The notes under the pieces: generated by a model | What the model was told of the DNA's origin: nothing | The model's input: the letters and a program-made list of their open reading frames with translations, nothing else | Databases searched by the model: none | From: Octopus sinensis | Lineage: Eukaryota | Assembly (NCBI RefSeq): GCF_006345805.1 | Contig: NC_043010.1 | Span: 43,834,001 to 43,898,000 of the forward strand | Direction of reading: 5' to 3' | DNA: 64,000 nucleotides | Position numbers and translations under genes: made by a program | In this document: piece by piece, positions 12,100 through 24,904 of the stretch | How the letters are laid out: each line of letters opens with the position of its first letter | How positions within the stretch are numbered: the stretch's first letter is position 1

Positions 12100-14345
12100 T
12101 GAGAAAGTCTTTTACATTTCAAGCCTGCGCTGTTTGACAGAAAGGAACACAGAAATAAACAGGGAGAGAAAATAGAAAAAAGATTTAGTGGCTAACGATA
12201 TATCATGGTGAATGGCAGACAGAGTCACACAGGAGAGCTCGGAAGAAGGGGAAATAATAAAGTAGTGGTGATCCGAAAATAAAGGTGCACATGCATATGT
12301 AAGTGAGAGCGTGTATGTGCATTCGGAAAAAGGCTGGTGACATTGACTTGTGCTTGATTGCATGTGTTGGTGTGTGGATCTTGGTGTAGGTGCTGGGAAG
12401 TGGTCAATGCTAGTGGGTGCTGGGAAGTGGTCAGTGCTAGTATGTGCAGGGTGGTGGGATATGGTGGTGTGTGGGTCTAAGGGATGGGGTGATGGGATGT
12501 ATAGGGATGGTGGGGTTGGAATGTGGGATAGGGTGATGATGAAGGGAGATGGTGGAAGTGAGAAGGTGGGTAGGAATGAAGAGAGAAAGTAGATGCTAGA
12601 GAAGAGAGGTGGTAGGAGGAAGTAGGTGAGAGAGGAGGAGGGTTAAATGAAAAGAGGAGGAGAGTTGAGTCCACGTCGCATAAAGGAGCAAAGAGAGAAG
12701 ATTAATCCCTGCTCACAGCGAAGACGGGAGTCCGGATGTCCCCTGTGCAAGGACAGTCCAAACACAGACAGGTGTGTTGTAAAGAGTGACCGGTAGAGCA
12801 GAAATGGCATGAGACTGGGGTGTTATTGCCGAGTTGGACGTCTCTGAGGTGTTCTGTGAATTGGTCAGCGAAGCAGCATCCCGTTTGACCAATGTATAAA
12901 GAAGGACAGAGAGAGAGCAGGAGATGCAGTAGATGACGTCGCTAGAAGTGCCGGTGAAGGAATCAGTGATATGATAGGGTTCATGATGGGTGCCTGTGAG
13001 GAGAGTGGTGTTGGAGAAGTAAGGGCAAGTGCGGCAGTGTGGGTGGGAGCAGGGGAACAAGCTGGGTTGGGGAAGAATCTGTGGATCAAGAGGTCTTGTA
13101 AGTTGTGGGCTCATTTGAAGGAGGAGAGGCAAGATAGCAAGAGTGGTGAGGGGATATTCATGTAGGATGAAGTGGTGAGCCATGAGTTGAGACTGAGTCT
13201 CAAAGTCATGGTTGTCACTGCAGAGCCTGTGTAGACAGAGGAATTGGGAAAAGGGGATGGAGAGCTTGGTGTGTTTAGGGTGGGAGGAGAAGTTGAGATA
13301 TGAGTGTGAGTCTGTGTGTTTGTAGTGGCTGGAGGTGGTGAGAGTGGAGTGATGAATGCTGACTGAAATGAGAAAGGCGACTGAGGTGTCAGAAATAGTG
13401 CAGGAGAAATGGAGGGCAGGATGGAAAGATTTGACAAAAAGGAGGAAAGAGTCTAGATGTTCACAAGAGAGTGAGGTCACACCAATACAGTCATCAATAT
13501 AATGACCATATAGTTCAGGAGTGGGACCAGTGAATCTGGAGAATATTTGGGCCTCAGCGTAACCAATGAACAGGTTTGCATAACAGGGGCCCATTCTCGT
13601 TCTCATAGCCACTCCCGAGACCTGCTGGTAAAAATCACCTGCAAACAAGAAGCTGTTAATTGAGAGGACAATTTCAATCAGATGAAGGAGTGTGGACATG
13701 TCAGGTTGGGAACTGGGTCGAAGGTCAAGGAAATGTTGGAGTGCACGCAGCCCCTCATGGTGAGTGATCACCGTGTATAGACTCTTGATGTCAAGAGTGA
13801 AGAGAAGTTTAGAGGAGCTAAGAGTGAAGGAGAAAGAGTTGAACAAATGAAGAGCATGGATGTGAGAGGGTAAGGAAGCCACTAGGGGAGCAAGGACACG
13901 GTCAAGATATCTGGAGATGAGTTCGGTGGGGTAGTTGCAGGCGGAGATGATGGGGCAGCCAGGGTTGTTAGGTTTGTGGATTTTGGGAGGAAGTAAATTG
14001 TGGGAGTGTGAGGAGTGTGGACAATGAGGTTAGAGGCAGTTGGGAGAAATGAGAGAAGGAGATGAGGTCATGGATAGTGAAGGACACAGTCTGTTGGTAG
14101 CTGGGCATGGGGTTGGATGGCAGAGGTCAATAGAAGGAAGTGTCTTGAAATTGGCAGAAAGCTTCTGCCTTGTCGAGAAAAGAGAACATAAAAACAAAAA
14201 CATAGAAAACAAACTTTTTTTCGAACAACGGAAAAAGCAAATAAAGAAATGATACATGCAACATAAAGAATATTCCTCTTCATCAGTTGTCCCTGTTTCA
14301 TCTACTCTGCGTTTCGAAGGTAAGGACAATACACGACTTCGCTGA
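12100..14345 (-). mobile_element. Penelope-like element (Neptune-type RT + GIY-YIG), degenerate, with terminal repeats
   Basis: ORF 12713-13882 has LFTLDIKSLYT, QQVSGVAMRTRMGPCYANLF, YIDDCIG and PCSHPHCRTC..VIYCISC. HHR-bearing terminal segment at ~12100-12200. Confidence 0.9.
12108..12145 (-). ncRNA. Minimal hammerhead motif, A6U family, decayed copy
   Basis: ccttt CTGTCAA A CAGC GCAG GCTT GAAA TGTA AAAGA; same family as 54116, 55090 and 56379. Confidence 0.5.
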
Positions 14346-15174
14346 AACAGTCCTTCCCGCAGAGTAAATTAAATAAAATTTGGGATTTTTTTGCAGAGGG
14401 TGAAAGTGGTAACATATATATGTATATATATGTATACATATGTATACATATATATGTATACACACACACACACACATATATATATATACATACATACACA
14501 CACATGCACGCACACACACACACACATAATGTAAGAAATACAAAGAGAAGGTAAAAATAAAAGAAAATGCAGATTGTATTCGGTTGTTGTTCAGGAAATA
14601 AGAAGAAAAGAAAGAAATGTCTTTTAGGTTTGGAGTATTCACTCTTCTTATGAAAGAGAGAATAGACAAGGAAAGGAAGGGATAGAGAATGAAAAGTGCT
14701 CATGCATCCAACTGTCATGGCATGCTGAGATGACCACAGGTGGCAGAGAGGGTGCGTTAGGTGTAAGAGATAAAGGGGACAACTGTGAGTCTGTCACGAG
14801 TGTATGTGTGTATAAAACTACCATACGTGTGTACACTGTATGTGTATGTGCATGTGTGTGCGTTTGTTTGCATGCATGCATATGCTTCTTTGCAGGTTTG
14901 TGTGTATGTGCCATGGAAGATCAACTGTGAGTTTGACATGTGTGCGCGTGGCTGTTTTGTGTGTAATACTGGATAGACATGTTTAGGTAAAAAAAGAGGT
15001 TACACAAGTAAGTGTAAAGGTCAGGAAATGGAGGTTGCACTTTTATATTCTTGTTACAATATGTGTGCATATGGGTAGCATCGAGGACTGTAACTGAGGT
15101 GTAGGTGTTAGTGTGTGTGAAATAGATAGTAGGTGTGTGTGAGTGTGTAAGTGTATGTGTGGCAGCAAATGCAT

Positions 15175-15429
15175 TCTCTTATTCTTTTACTTGTTTCAGT
15201 CATTTTGACTATGGTCATGTTGGAGCGTTGCCTTTTTGGTCGAAGAAATCAACCCTTAGACTTATTCTTTGTAAGCCTGGTACTTATTCTATCAGTACCT
15301 TTTGCTGAGCTGCTAGATTACGGGGACATAAACACACCAACATCAGTTGTCAAGCAATGGTGGCGGGGGGTCAAACACAGACACAAAAACACAAATATAT
15401 ACATACATATAATGTGTGTGTGTGTATAT

Positions 15430-15472
<43 letters not shown>

Positions 15473-15585
15473 ATGCGACTGGCTTCTTTCAACCAAATAC
15501 ACCCACAAGGATTTGGTTGGCCCGAGGCTATTGTGCCACGCAGTGGGACTGAACTTGGAACCATGTAGTTTGGAAGCAAGCTTTG
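15175..15585 (-). mobile_element. tRNA-derived SINE (family 2, internal TA microsatellite)
   Basis: Reverse complement of the 19322-19735 family (tgactgaaacaagtaaaag tail; ggttccaagttcagtcccactg head). Confidence 0.8.
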
Positions 15586-15779
15586 AAGTTTTTGTTAATA
15601 GAAATAGTGTATGTGTAGGGTTTTTTAAGGGGATTGTCAGAATGTAAGAAGTAGGTGGTGTGTGTAAGTGCGTGAAGTGGTTATAAGTGGGGTTTAATGA
15701 AAAGAGGGTGGGAATTTATACCATTCAGGATTAGAGTCTGAAGGGAAAAATAGTTTTATATATATATATATGCAGGAAT

Positions 15780-16150
15780 TATATATACGCATACACATGC
15801 ACGCGCATTTATAGTGGTAGTCAGCTTGTGTCTACATATTGGAAAGTTGTAAAAATCTTGGATGTTACTATTGGGCAGCAATGTCACCGAACTAGAAGTT
15901 AAAATAGAACAACTATTTAAGTTTCGCAATTTGATTTTAAAAAGTGACGGCAATACTTTCTAGTTCTTTCTAAGGAGGATTTATTTATGCTTTTAGTAAT
16001 TAACAAAGCGTCGTCCCTATATAGGCCTCCCTTGATATTAGGGAAGTGCCTGTGGAGATGGTGTAGTATATAAAGTCCAACTAAGTCAGTGACCTGAGCT
16101 TCGACTTTACTCATAGGATATTGGAATATTACATATATACCATAATGCCT
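15780..16150 (-). mobile_element. Naiad-type PLE RT fragment
   Basis: AQVTDLVGLYILHHL..GGLYRDDAL..LERTRK..VKILDFYNFP. Confidence 0.75.
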
Positions 16151-16270
16151 AAAAAATGTATTTACAATTTCAATACCCACACATATCTTGCATTTATTTT
16201 CTTTCCTCCACCTCACTCTCTATTTTGTATCACATCTAAACTAACTATGACTAAACTATCCTCTCACACT

Positions 16271-16318
16271 GTCTCCGATGAAGGGATATTATTAATATCC
16301 TAGAAACAGCTGTAAGAC
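16271..16318 (+). ncRNA. Minimal type I hammerhead ribozyme, U4C core variant
   Basis: GTCT CCGATGA AGGGATAT-TATTA-ATATCCTA GAAA CAGCTG TA AGAC. Stem I GTCT/AGAC, palindromic stem III ACAGCTGT, predicted cut after GUA at 16314. Confidence 0.75.
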
Positions 16319-16412
16319 CTTCTATCTATAAGTGCTCTAATATCTGCTCAGCCTTGGTCTTTTATCTTATTGCGCAAAAATTCATATATATATGCAAAAT
16401 AAGTATATTTTA

Positions 16413-16468
<56 letters not shown>

Positions 16469-16596
16469 TATATACATATGTATATAAAATTTATGTGTAT
16501 AAATATATATATATTATATATATATATATATAGTTAATCCAAGGAAGGGAAGACGGAGGAAAAAATATAAATGTATATAAAATTTATATATATATA

Positions 16597-16965
16597 TTCT
16601 TTTACTTGTTTCAGTCATTTGACTGAAGCCATGCTGGAGCACCGCCTTTAATCAACCAAATCAACCCCAAGATTTATTCTTTGTAAACCTAGTACTTATT
16701 CTACCAGTCTCTTTTACCAAGCCATTAAGTTACGGGGGTTGTAAATACACTAACATTGGTTGTCAAGCAATGGTGGGGTAACAAACACAGGCATACAAAC
16801 ATACACATATATTTGTAAGAATGAGATGGCTTTTTTGAGGGGATAATTTTAATTCTAATTTTAATATAAGATTAAAATATAAATTATTCCCTCAAAAAGG
16901 CCATCTCTACTCATTCTTTGAAATATATATAATACTGTATCAAGAACTTTCTCTTTATTATTCTA

Positions 16966-17015
<50 letters not shown>

Positions 17016-17170
17016 GGCAGTCTTCTTTCAGTTTCCATCTACCAAATCCACTTACAAGGCTTCGGTTGGCCCAAGGCTATAGTAGAAGACACTTGCCCAA
17101 GGTGCCACACAGTAGGACTGAACCCTGAACCATGTGGTTGAGAAGCAAGCTTCTTAACACTCAGCCATGT
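16597..17170 (-). mobile_element. SINE family 2 copy interrupted by an inserted AT-rich inverted-repeat segment
   Basis: Tail half 16597-16800, head half 17005-17170, with intervening hairpin at 16817-16918. Confidence 0.7.
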
Positions 17171-17299
17171 CTATATATATTATATAAAAAATTTCCAGGA
17201 TTCAAGAGAATCAGGTATTTAAATAGTGAAAGCACCAAGGTCAGGTAAGTGATAGTGCTATTATGTACAAACAATGTATAATAACTAATACATACTCAC

Positions 17300-17425
17300 T
17301 AAAGTAAACACAGGTTTGTTCTCCAGTTATGCATATATTCACAAGTGGCTGAAACAATGAGTCATCAAGGTCACACAAGGGTACACTCACTGCTCCTATT
17401 GCACTGCGATCTATAGACCCCAGAT
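17300..17425 (-). CDS. Candidate internal coding exon (126 nt, phase 1-1) of an unidentified gene
   Basis: caattcatttag|ATCTGG...TACTTTA|gtgagt. The only open frame reads DLGSIDRSAIGAVSVPLCDLDDSLFQPLVNICITGEQTCVYF. Non-repetitive sequence. Confidence 0.45.
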
Positions 17426-17739
17426 CTAAATGAATTGCAGGTTTCAAATTAAGTGAAAAATAGATAACAATAATTTACTACAGCTGTTTCAGACATGTTT
17501 TTTATTGATGACTAGAAGTGTTACATCATGCCCCCCAAAAAAGTTTTAAGTGAAGGTAAGAATTAACAATTAGAACTTTTCATATATATATATATTATAT
17601 ATATATATAATGAAGAAAAATTAGGATAATTATCCCCTTATACAGTACAACTAATCAGTAATCTAATAGAGCATCAGGAATGTAGAACCAAGTGTATCTA
17701 TAGTGCATTCAGAAAATAGAATAAGATGGAAGGTACATT

Positions 17740-19488
17740 TTTTCGACAGGAAAAATGACAAGAATAATAATAGTAGAGAATTTGAGAAAAATCTGAAGAG
17801 AGAATTTCAACCCCTTAGAAATTCTAAGGGATTTAAATTTAGTGCTGTTTGAAAAACTTCATAACATAATCAGGAATATTAAATTCAGAAAATCTACAAG
17901 GAAATACAACCAACACCAAAAAGAAGCTCAATGAAATAATGAATACCTTCAAGAACATGACAGGGATACTAGTACCAGTGGACAAAACTGGTAACCTTTA
18001 TAATGTTAACATTAAAACATACAAGCAACTTATAACTAAACAATTAGACCAACTACAAACATGCATCTAATGAAATATTAAATAAGATAAACAAGGGCTA
18101 AAATAGTTAAAAATTTAGGAATATGGATAGAATTAGACTATATACATTCAGGGTACCTAGAATAAACCTTAAGGACCACAAAGAAAATTTACAGAACAAC
18201 CCTACAGTAAGATTCACATGTCCATCGATATCATATAGGTAGAATTAGCAAAATAATAATAGACAGAGTAGTACCAAAATTAAAATATATAACTAAGTTC
18301 AAATTTTAGTCCAATACTACAGATGTAATTAGGTGGTTAAGGATTTAGAGAATAAAAACATAGTAAATTCATACAGCTAGATATATCTAACTATTAACCA
18401 TCAATAAACCCAACTGTATTAAACAAAGTGCTTTATTAGTAAAAAGCAACTCAGACCTTTCTAGAGAGGAAATAGACCTAATATTAGCTGCATTAAGCAT
18501 GATAATTGAATATAGGGGAAAACTATGGGCTAGATCCAATAGGAATGAATGTTTTGACATAATGATGGAATTGAGCACAGGCAAAAGATCTCACAGAGAT
18601 ATACATACTCTCTCCAATGGAGTCATGCTTCCCAAAATTAGGTGGGGCTCTATGTAGAGATGATGCATTGTTCATTTAGCAAACTGTAGCAATGTAGAAA
18701 AGGAGAGATGCAGGAAAAAACTTTTTAAATTCTTCAAAAACTTAGGTCTATCAATAACAATCAAAAAAGATTATAGAGTAGTAAACTTCTTTGATGTGAA
18801 ACTCAGCCAGAACATGGAAAAATTCAAGCTTTCCATAAACAAAATGAAAACCTGAAATATGTTAGTAAAGGATCAAATCACTAGAATCAATACCTAGGAG
18901 TATTACAAAAAGTGTGTCCGATAGAATATCTAGACTATCTGCCAAGGAAACGATATATTTAATGAGCACACAGAGTACTACAACTCAGCACTAGCCAGAG
19001 CAGATTATAAGGATAAAATAAAATACTTACAGGATAATGTAACAGGTAGTCAATATGAGGATAAATATGAAAATAAAGAAAGAGCTAATAGTAATAGTCA
19101 AGGCAAAAAGCAAATAAAAACAAAATGATGAATGGGATAGGAACTAAGATGGAAAGTGTAGTGACAATATTAAGGGATGTAAGGATGGCATCAAAACTAA
19201 TGGACACCACTGTAAAGAAGCAAAGAAGTAGAAGGAAAGAATAAATGAAAATACCAAACACAGAGTAGATTCAAGAATAGCATACATAAATATAGGTATA
19301 GGAGTAGCTGTGTATAGGCATAGGAGTGGCTGTGTGGTAAGTAGCTTGCTTACAAACCACATGGTTCCAGGTTCAGTCCCACTGTGTGGCACCTTGGGCA
19401 AGTGTCTTCTACTATAGCCTCGGGTCGACCAAAGCCTTGTGAGTGGATTTGGGAGACGGAAACTGAAAGAAGTCCATCGTATATATGT

Positions 19489-19539
<51 letters not shown>

Positions 19540-20700
19540 TTGTGTTTGTCCCCGCAACATCGCTTGACAACCGATGCTGGTGTGTTTATGTCCCCATAAC
19601 TTAAGTGACCAATAAAATAAGTACTAGGCTTACAAAGAATAAGTCCTGGGGTTGATTTGCTCGACTAAAGGTGGTGCTTCAGCATGGCCACAGTCAAATG
19701 ACTGAAACAAGTAAAAGAGTAAAGAGTAAAAGAGTAAATAAACCAAATAGGTACAATAAACAGAATAGAAAAATAGACAATGATAAAATAATTTGGTTTA
19801 ATCCAAAATATGGATTGCAGATTAAATCCAAAATTGGACACGAACTCTTCTCTACACTAGATAAGCATTTTCCTGAGTCAAGTAGGTACTACAAAATTTT
19901 TAACAGATGCAAAGTAAAATTAGCATGTGCAACTTCACACAACCTGGAAAATTATATGCATAAACTAAATAACAAAAAACTGAATGCAATAAAACTGGAA
20001 TATAGAAACAAAGGCTCAGAAGGTGAAAATAAAGTAAATAGGGAGAAATAAATAGGTAAGATGAATAATAAATACAAAAGACAAAAATGGAACATAAATT
20101 GAAATACTAATATTTTGTTGATGAAAGATTCAGAACCTGGGGTAGGTAGGAATAGAATAGGAACTGGAGAGGGGTGAGGAATAATCTTCAGAAATGACTC
20201 TGGTAGCATCCAAAATGCATTCAAACAGCACACTGAACAGCGAAAATAAAGGTGTGGAAAAAGTACCAAAATATGAGAAACAACTCAAAAAGATGCAACT
20301 GTAGACTTAAGAGTGAATGTAAGTTTGAAAACAAATGCAAGAAATGGAATGTTATTTATAAATGTGAAGTGCAAACAGGTGCACAGAAATATGTGTATAT
20401 TGGTGCAATATCAGACATGCTGGAAAATAAGGGTCACTGCACCTCATTAGCAAATCTAACTTGCAGGTTAAAGCAAAGTGGAGAGGAATATACATCAAAA
20501 CGGTCCATACTGTAAAATGCTAAACTCTACAACAGATTCTCCTGGGTCTGCAACTTATGCTTAGGAGAAACACTAAAAATTATTATCTGTAAAGAACAAA
20601 TAGTTAATAAACATTCATAAATAGTTTTATCATGTAACCATAAAATTAAGAATTCTCTCATGGAATTTGAAAAAAAATCTTCTGTAAGAAACACCAAATA
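17740..20700 (+). mobile_element. Near full-length degenerate Naiad-type Penelope-like element (RT, thumb, CNC..C + GIY-YIG)
   Basis: ITLKDHKENLQNNPTVR, RDDAL, VNFFDVKL, KIIWFNPKY..IFNRCKVKLAC and RCNCRLKSEC..VIYKCEV..YVYIG..CNLCLGE, with many stops and a SINE inserted at 19322-19735. Confidence 0.85.
19322..19735 (+). mobile_element. tRNA-derived SINE (family 2)
   Basis: GGAGTGGCTGTGTGGTAAG..GGTTCAGTCCC head, CCTTGGGCAAGTGTCTT CORE-like motif, internal (TA)n, and gtaaaaga repeat tail. Confidence 0.85.
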
Positions 20701-21739
20701 ATCAAGGATAGTATCCAAACCAACTACTTGGATGGGCTTATGAACATGAGCAAACAAAAAAGATCTACAATATAAAATAATGTTACTACAAACGTATATG
20801 GACATAGTGGATAGTAATTATCATGGATACCGGTATAACTTATATGCATACTAATGTAAGTCTAATATATTATCAGACAGAAATATATCTAGAACACAAA
20901 AATAATAGAAGTGAATTGGTGAGATTAATGAAAATAGGGCCTCTCAATAAATGGAATACAATAACTGTGAACAGATAGTACAACCCTTCAAGACAGTGCC
21001 TAGCAGCAGGAGATAATACAACATAGTGAATTACACTGCTCTTAATGTGAACTTTATCCTCTCTGGTGTCTTTATATATTGCTCTAAAACTGATAATGTC
21101 AAAATGAACCTTTGTTTTTTATTATTTACATGCCTGTTTAATCATTAGTGAAACAAATGGGGTGCAGAGGGGTTCTGAATCCCTTGGTTAAATCTAATAT
21201 GTCTTTTCATATTTCTTTTTTCTTTTTCGTGTAAGCCTGCTGTGATAAACCACAAGCAATGCCCAATGTTGTTTTTCATAAGTTGAGACAGTTCACAAGC
21301 AACACCCAAAAATTTAACAGAGCTTCCTTATTGGTGTAAAATGGTAAATGTCTTTAAATGCAAACGTCAGACTAGCCAAATACCATAAATGTCAAATAAA
21401 TTTCCACCTACAAGTCATTTTTATTACTATATTTATAAGCTATAAGGAGTTCTGCATGTATAACCATCCCACAGGATTACTCTGGAAGATGCAAATAACA
21501 GGCAGTAGCCAACAAGAAGCATAGGAGCTTTTACAAGCGCATTCAGAGGCATTTGCTGTAAATAAAATTCAAAAGATATGTATACTATAGGTGCAGGTAT
21601 ATAATATCTATATTATATACATATGTAATAAAGGTGTGGTGAATAAACTGTTGTCTAAATTACGCAAAAATGAAAATAACACTGACATCTCATTTTAACA
21701 GATATATTTACCAAAATTACATAAAAATATCAAAATGCT

Positions 21740-22110
21740 AACAAGTGAATTTATTTAATAAAAGCGCCATTGGCTTAAACCACGGCCTCCAGACAACTTC
21801 AGAATACCCTTCTGCAACTCTTCTGGATGGTGCCTTTGATTATGTTGGTGAATGCTGCCATAATCTTTGCCTTCAGTTCATCTTTGGTGTTACAAGGAAT
21901 TTTGTAGGACTGTTGCCCAACTACACCCCACACATAATAATCAAAGGGGTTGCAAGTCTGGGGAGTTAGGTGGCCAGTTGTTAGGAGTGATGTGGTTGCA
22001 GAAATTGTCTGACAGCCATGACTGTGTTCTCCTGCTCATGTGACATGGTGCAGAGTCCTGTTGTCAGACATAGGTTCTTCCACAGGCTGCCATGTTGACA
22101 GTTGAATGTT
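21740..22110 (-). mobile_element. Tc1/mariner-superfamily transposase C-terminal fragment
   Basis: QQDSAPCHMSRRTQSWLSDNFCNHITPNNWPPNSPDLQPL..CNTKDELKAKIMAAFTN. Confidence 0.8.
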
Positions 22111-22344
22111 CCAACAATGTAAGATCATAAGTAACTGTTAGCCTGTTAACAGTTCTCTAAACAAAAATGGCCTCAGTTTGTAGTTCCTCTTTTCTAAGTG
22201 ACCCTTAACTTTTGGCCCCTGCAATTTGGAAGATTGTTTGTTTATTTCCTCTTAATTAAGCTAATTTTGACTGGAAACTACTGTATCTTCATCTGAAAGG
22301 GGAGATCATTTGAGATGAGAGGTATCCTTGGAATGACGACATTG

Positions 22345-23085
22345 TCCCCCATCATGTTGCCACGATGGAGAAGAGGTTTCTCAGCTGCACAGGAGTCTTG
22401 CACATTTGTGCCTCAGTCAGAGTGACATCCAAGTGTCTATCATTTCCCAGAAGACCTCTGAGATGGCAAGCCTAGCGATATGTTTGACATACTGTGTTAT
22501 CAACCATATATAAGGCTGTAAATGATGTGGGCCCCTTGACATGGTGTAATAGAAGCCTTAGATAGTAGCACTCTTAGTAGTTGGAATGAACAACATAGAC
22601 TCTGCCAAATGTGTCTGGTATCTTGATTCCTGGATGACGTGTGGGTGCTCCAAGTGCACGTCTCTTTCATTTGTTTTGATACCAGGTGTAGAATTGTGGA
22701 ACTTCATTGGATAGCAGTCTTGTAGCAAATTCATCATCTTGACAGAGCTTGAAGAATACTGTGGGTAGTATTTCTGGCAGCTTCCATTTGTAATTGAATT
22801 GTGTTAGTCAGTATGCTGTCTCTGAGATGGAGGAAATGTCACGTTTGTCATGTTCTTGTCCAACCAGAAGCACAGCTGTTTAATTTGCTGTTGGCGCATT
22901 AAACCTCCCTCTGTGTTGACCAGATGGTTTCTTGTCTGAGCTGATAACTATCTTGTAATCCAGGGAGTCGGGTGGAATTTTTTCAAGTGCCGTCTTGAAG
23001 CTTGTTGTTGTTGTTATGCAGCATCTTTTGCAGAGACACTACAATGTTCATCCTGATACCAGAAATGTTCTTGCTCCTCTCTTGC
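22345..23085 (-). mobile_element. Helitron RepHel fragments
   Basis: IVVSLQKMLHN..DKKPSGQHRGRFNAPTAN..VGQEHDKRDI and GRVYVVHS..YYLRLLLHHVKGPTSF..LRNLFSIV. Confidence 0.8.
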
Positions 23086-23089
23086 AGTA

Positions 23090-23750
23090 TGTCATCTAGT
23101 CAGGGATCCTTCAGGAGATTGCAGTAGCTGGCTGCAGTCACTTTAACCCCTTCAAGCACCTTGACTGTGCCACCAACTTTGTCCATAATGATACCAGCCC
23201 ACAACATAACTTCTCCACCCTGTTGTTGACATCGTAAACGTTGGTGAAGCTTATCTCCAAAATAGACTCAAACCATTTGCCTATCCGTCAGGTCTGTGAA
23301 GGGTTGCCCTGTTTTCATCAGTGAACAGAACACAACTCATGTTTGAGACCATGTACTTTTGGGCCCATTGAAGCCTCAAACTCCTGTGACAGGGCGTTAA
23401 ATGAGGTAGCTTCAAGGGTTCTCACATGGAAGCCATGGTCCTGAGGATTTCTGGTGGTTTTCGGTACATGAAAAAGTCAGGAAGCAATGAAAATAGCTTT
23501 GCTTGTTTGTCCAGGTTTTCCACATAATTTGCAGTCAATATTCCTCAAATCCCTAGTCACAGCCTTGGAGGTCCCACAATTGGATCATTTCTTCCTTGGC
23601 AAAGGGTCCTTCAGGAATCGTCCAACCATGTTCAAATGACGACCTAACTTCTCTACAATGACATGAAGAGAAGTGCCTTTAGTCACTTTCCTTGATGATA
23701 ACAGGCTTTTCTTCATCATTAGGGCCTTTTCCACATCTCATTGCTTAGAG
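23090..23750 (-). mobile_element. Tc1 transposase fragment
   Basis: WAQKYM..VLFTDENRATLHRPDG..QQGGEVMLWAGII..VKVLEGVKVTAASYCNLLKD. Confidence 0.8.
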
Positions 23751-23964
23751 AGGAGAGACACTATTAGCATGGTTCACTCAAAGACTGAAGAATCTGAGAA
23801 AAAAAGAATGTTACACAGAATAATGAAAAAATAATGATGGTATTGCCATATTGTGCAAACCAGCTGGGAAAAGTTTTATCAAAATCAATTCACAGAAAAC
23901 TGAGAAATCTTAAATTTCACTCCCAATCTATTAGCTTGGTTCTAGGTGTACAGGCCGTGGCAGA

Positions 23965-24640
23965 GAGGACAGACGTTTTTGAAATGGCTATTACTCAGCC
24001 CCAGGGGGAGGAACATATGTCCGACAGGTACCATTTGGCCTGTGGTGTCTTAGCATTTTTTTCTCTTTTCAGGTGAAGCCAAGGTGCTGTGGACAATACA
24101 GTATCGCGTCTCTGACTATGAATGTTATGTGAAAAATAACGAGTCTGTCACAGCAGTTCAGCGTGAGTTTCAGCACCACTTCAACATTCACTGAAGTCAG
24201 GCTGTTCCTACCCTTAACACAATCTTACGCTGGATGAATGCAGTTCATACATGAGGTACACTAATGGGGGGTGCCACAAATGGTACGGACCCCGGAAAAT
24301 ATAGAATGCATCAGACGTAGTCCAAATTGCTCTGCTCATAGGCATTCCACTAAACTTAGCATCAGTAATCGATCGGTAAGGCATATTTTGAATGAAGAAA
24401 TTGGTCATTGAGCCAGTTGAAACCATGGGACTGTGCACAGAGCAATGCTGGAGAGAGTGGAGGCCAACTTCCTAGAATGCCTTCAGAAATGCATCAATGA
24501 AAATGGACACATGAAGGATGTTGTTTTCCACACTTGATCTTGACAAATGCGAATTCAGTATGAACACATTGATGTCAATGGATTCAGTGTGATGCAGAAT
24601 ATGAATAAGGTTGGCTCTATGAAATACAGCTCCTACTAAT
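23965..24640 (+). mobile_element. Internally deleted mariner/Tc1-like element with DUF4817-like HTH
   Basis: ECYVKNNESVTAVQREFQHHFNIH..VPTLNTILRW, followed by the C-terminal CINENGH-like motif. Confidence 0.6.
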
Positions 24641-24654
24641 TTTTTCCAGATGTG

Positions 24655-24775
24655 TAGACTGGAGCAACATGAAATAAAGTGTCTTGCTCAAGGACACAAT
24701 GCACTGCTGAGAATTGAACTCATGACCTTATGACCATGAACCAAATACCCTAATCACTAAGCTACATGCCCTCAC
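24655..24775 (-). mobile_element. CORE-type tRNA SINE 5' fragment (family 3)
   Basis: tRNA-like head plus TGTGTCCTTGAGCAAGACACTTTATTTC on the minus strand. Confidence 0.7.
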
Positions 24776-24904
24776 TATATATATTGATGTAAATAGATAG
24801 ATATATACATAGTTATATACTATATTTATAATACGATACTTATCCAGAGGCACAGGCATGACTTTGTAGTAAGAAATTTGCTTCCAAGCCACATAGCTCT
24901 GAAG

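Noticed and set aside
14265-14292. CTGATGA core on the minus strand at the PLE end
   Set aside because: No correctly placed GAAA or stem III; at best a dead remnant.
21412-21557. Minus-strand exon candidate after ttttatttacag
   Set aside because: All three frames hit stops before a convincing donor, and the phase needed to follow exon 27572 stops immediately.
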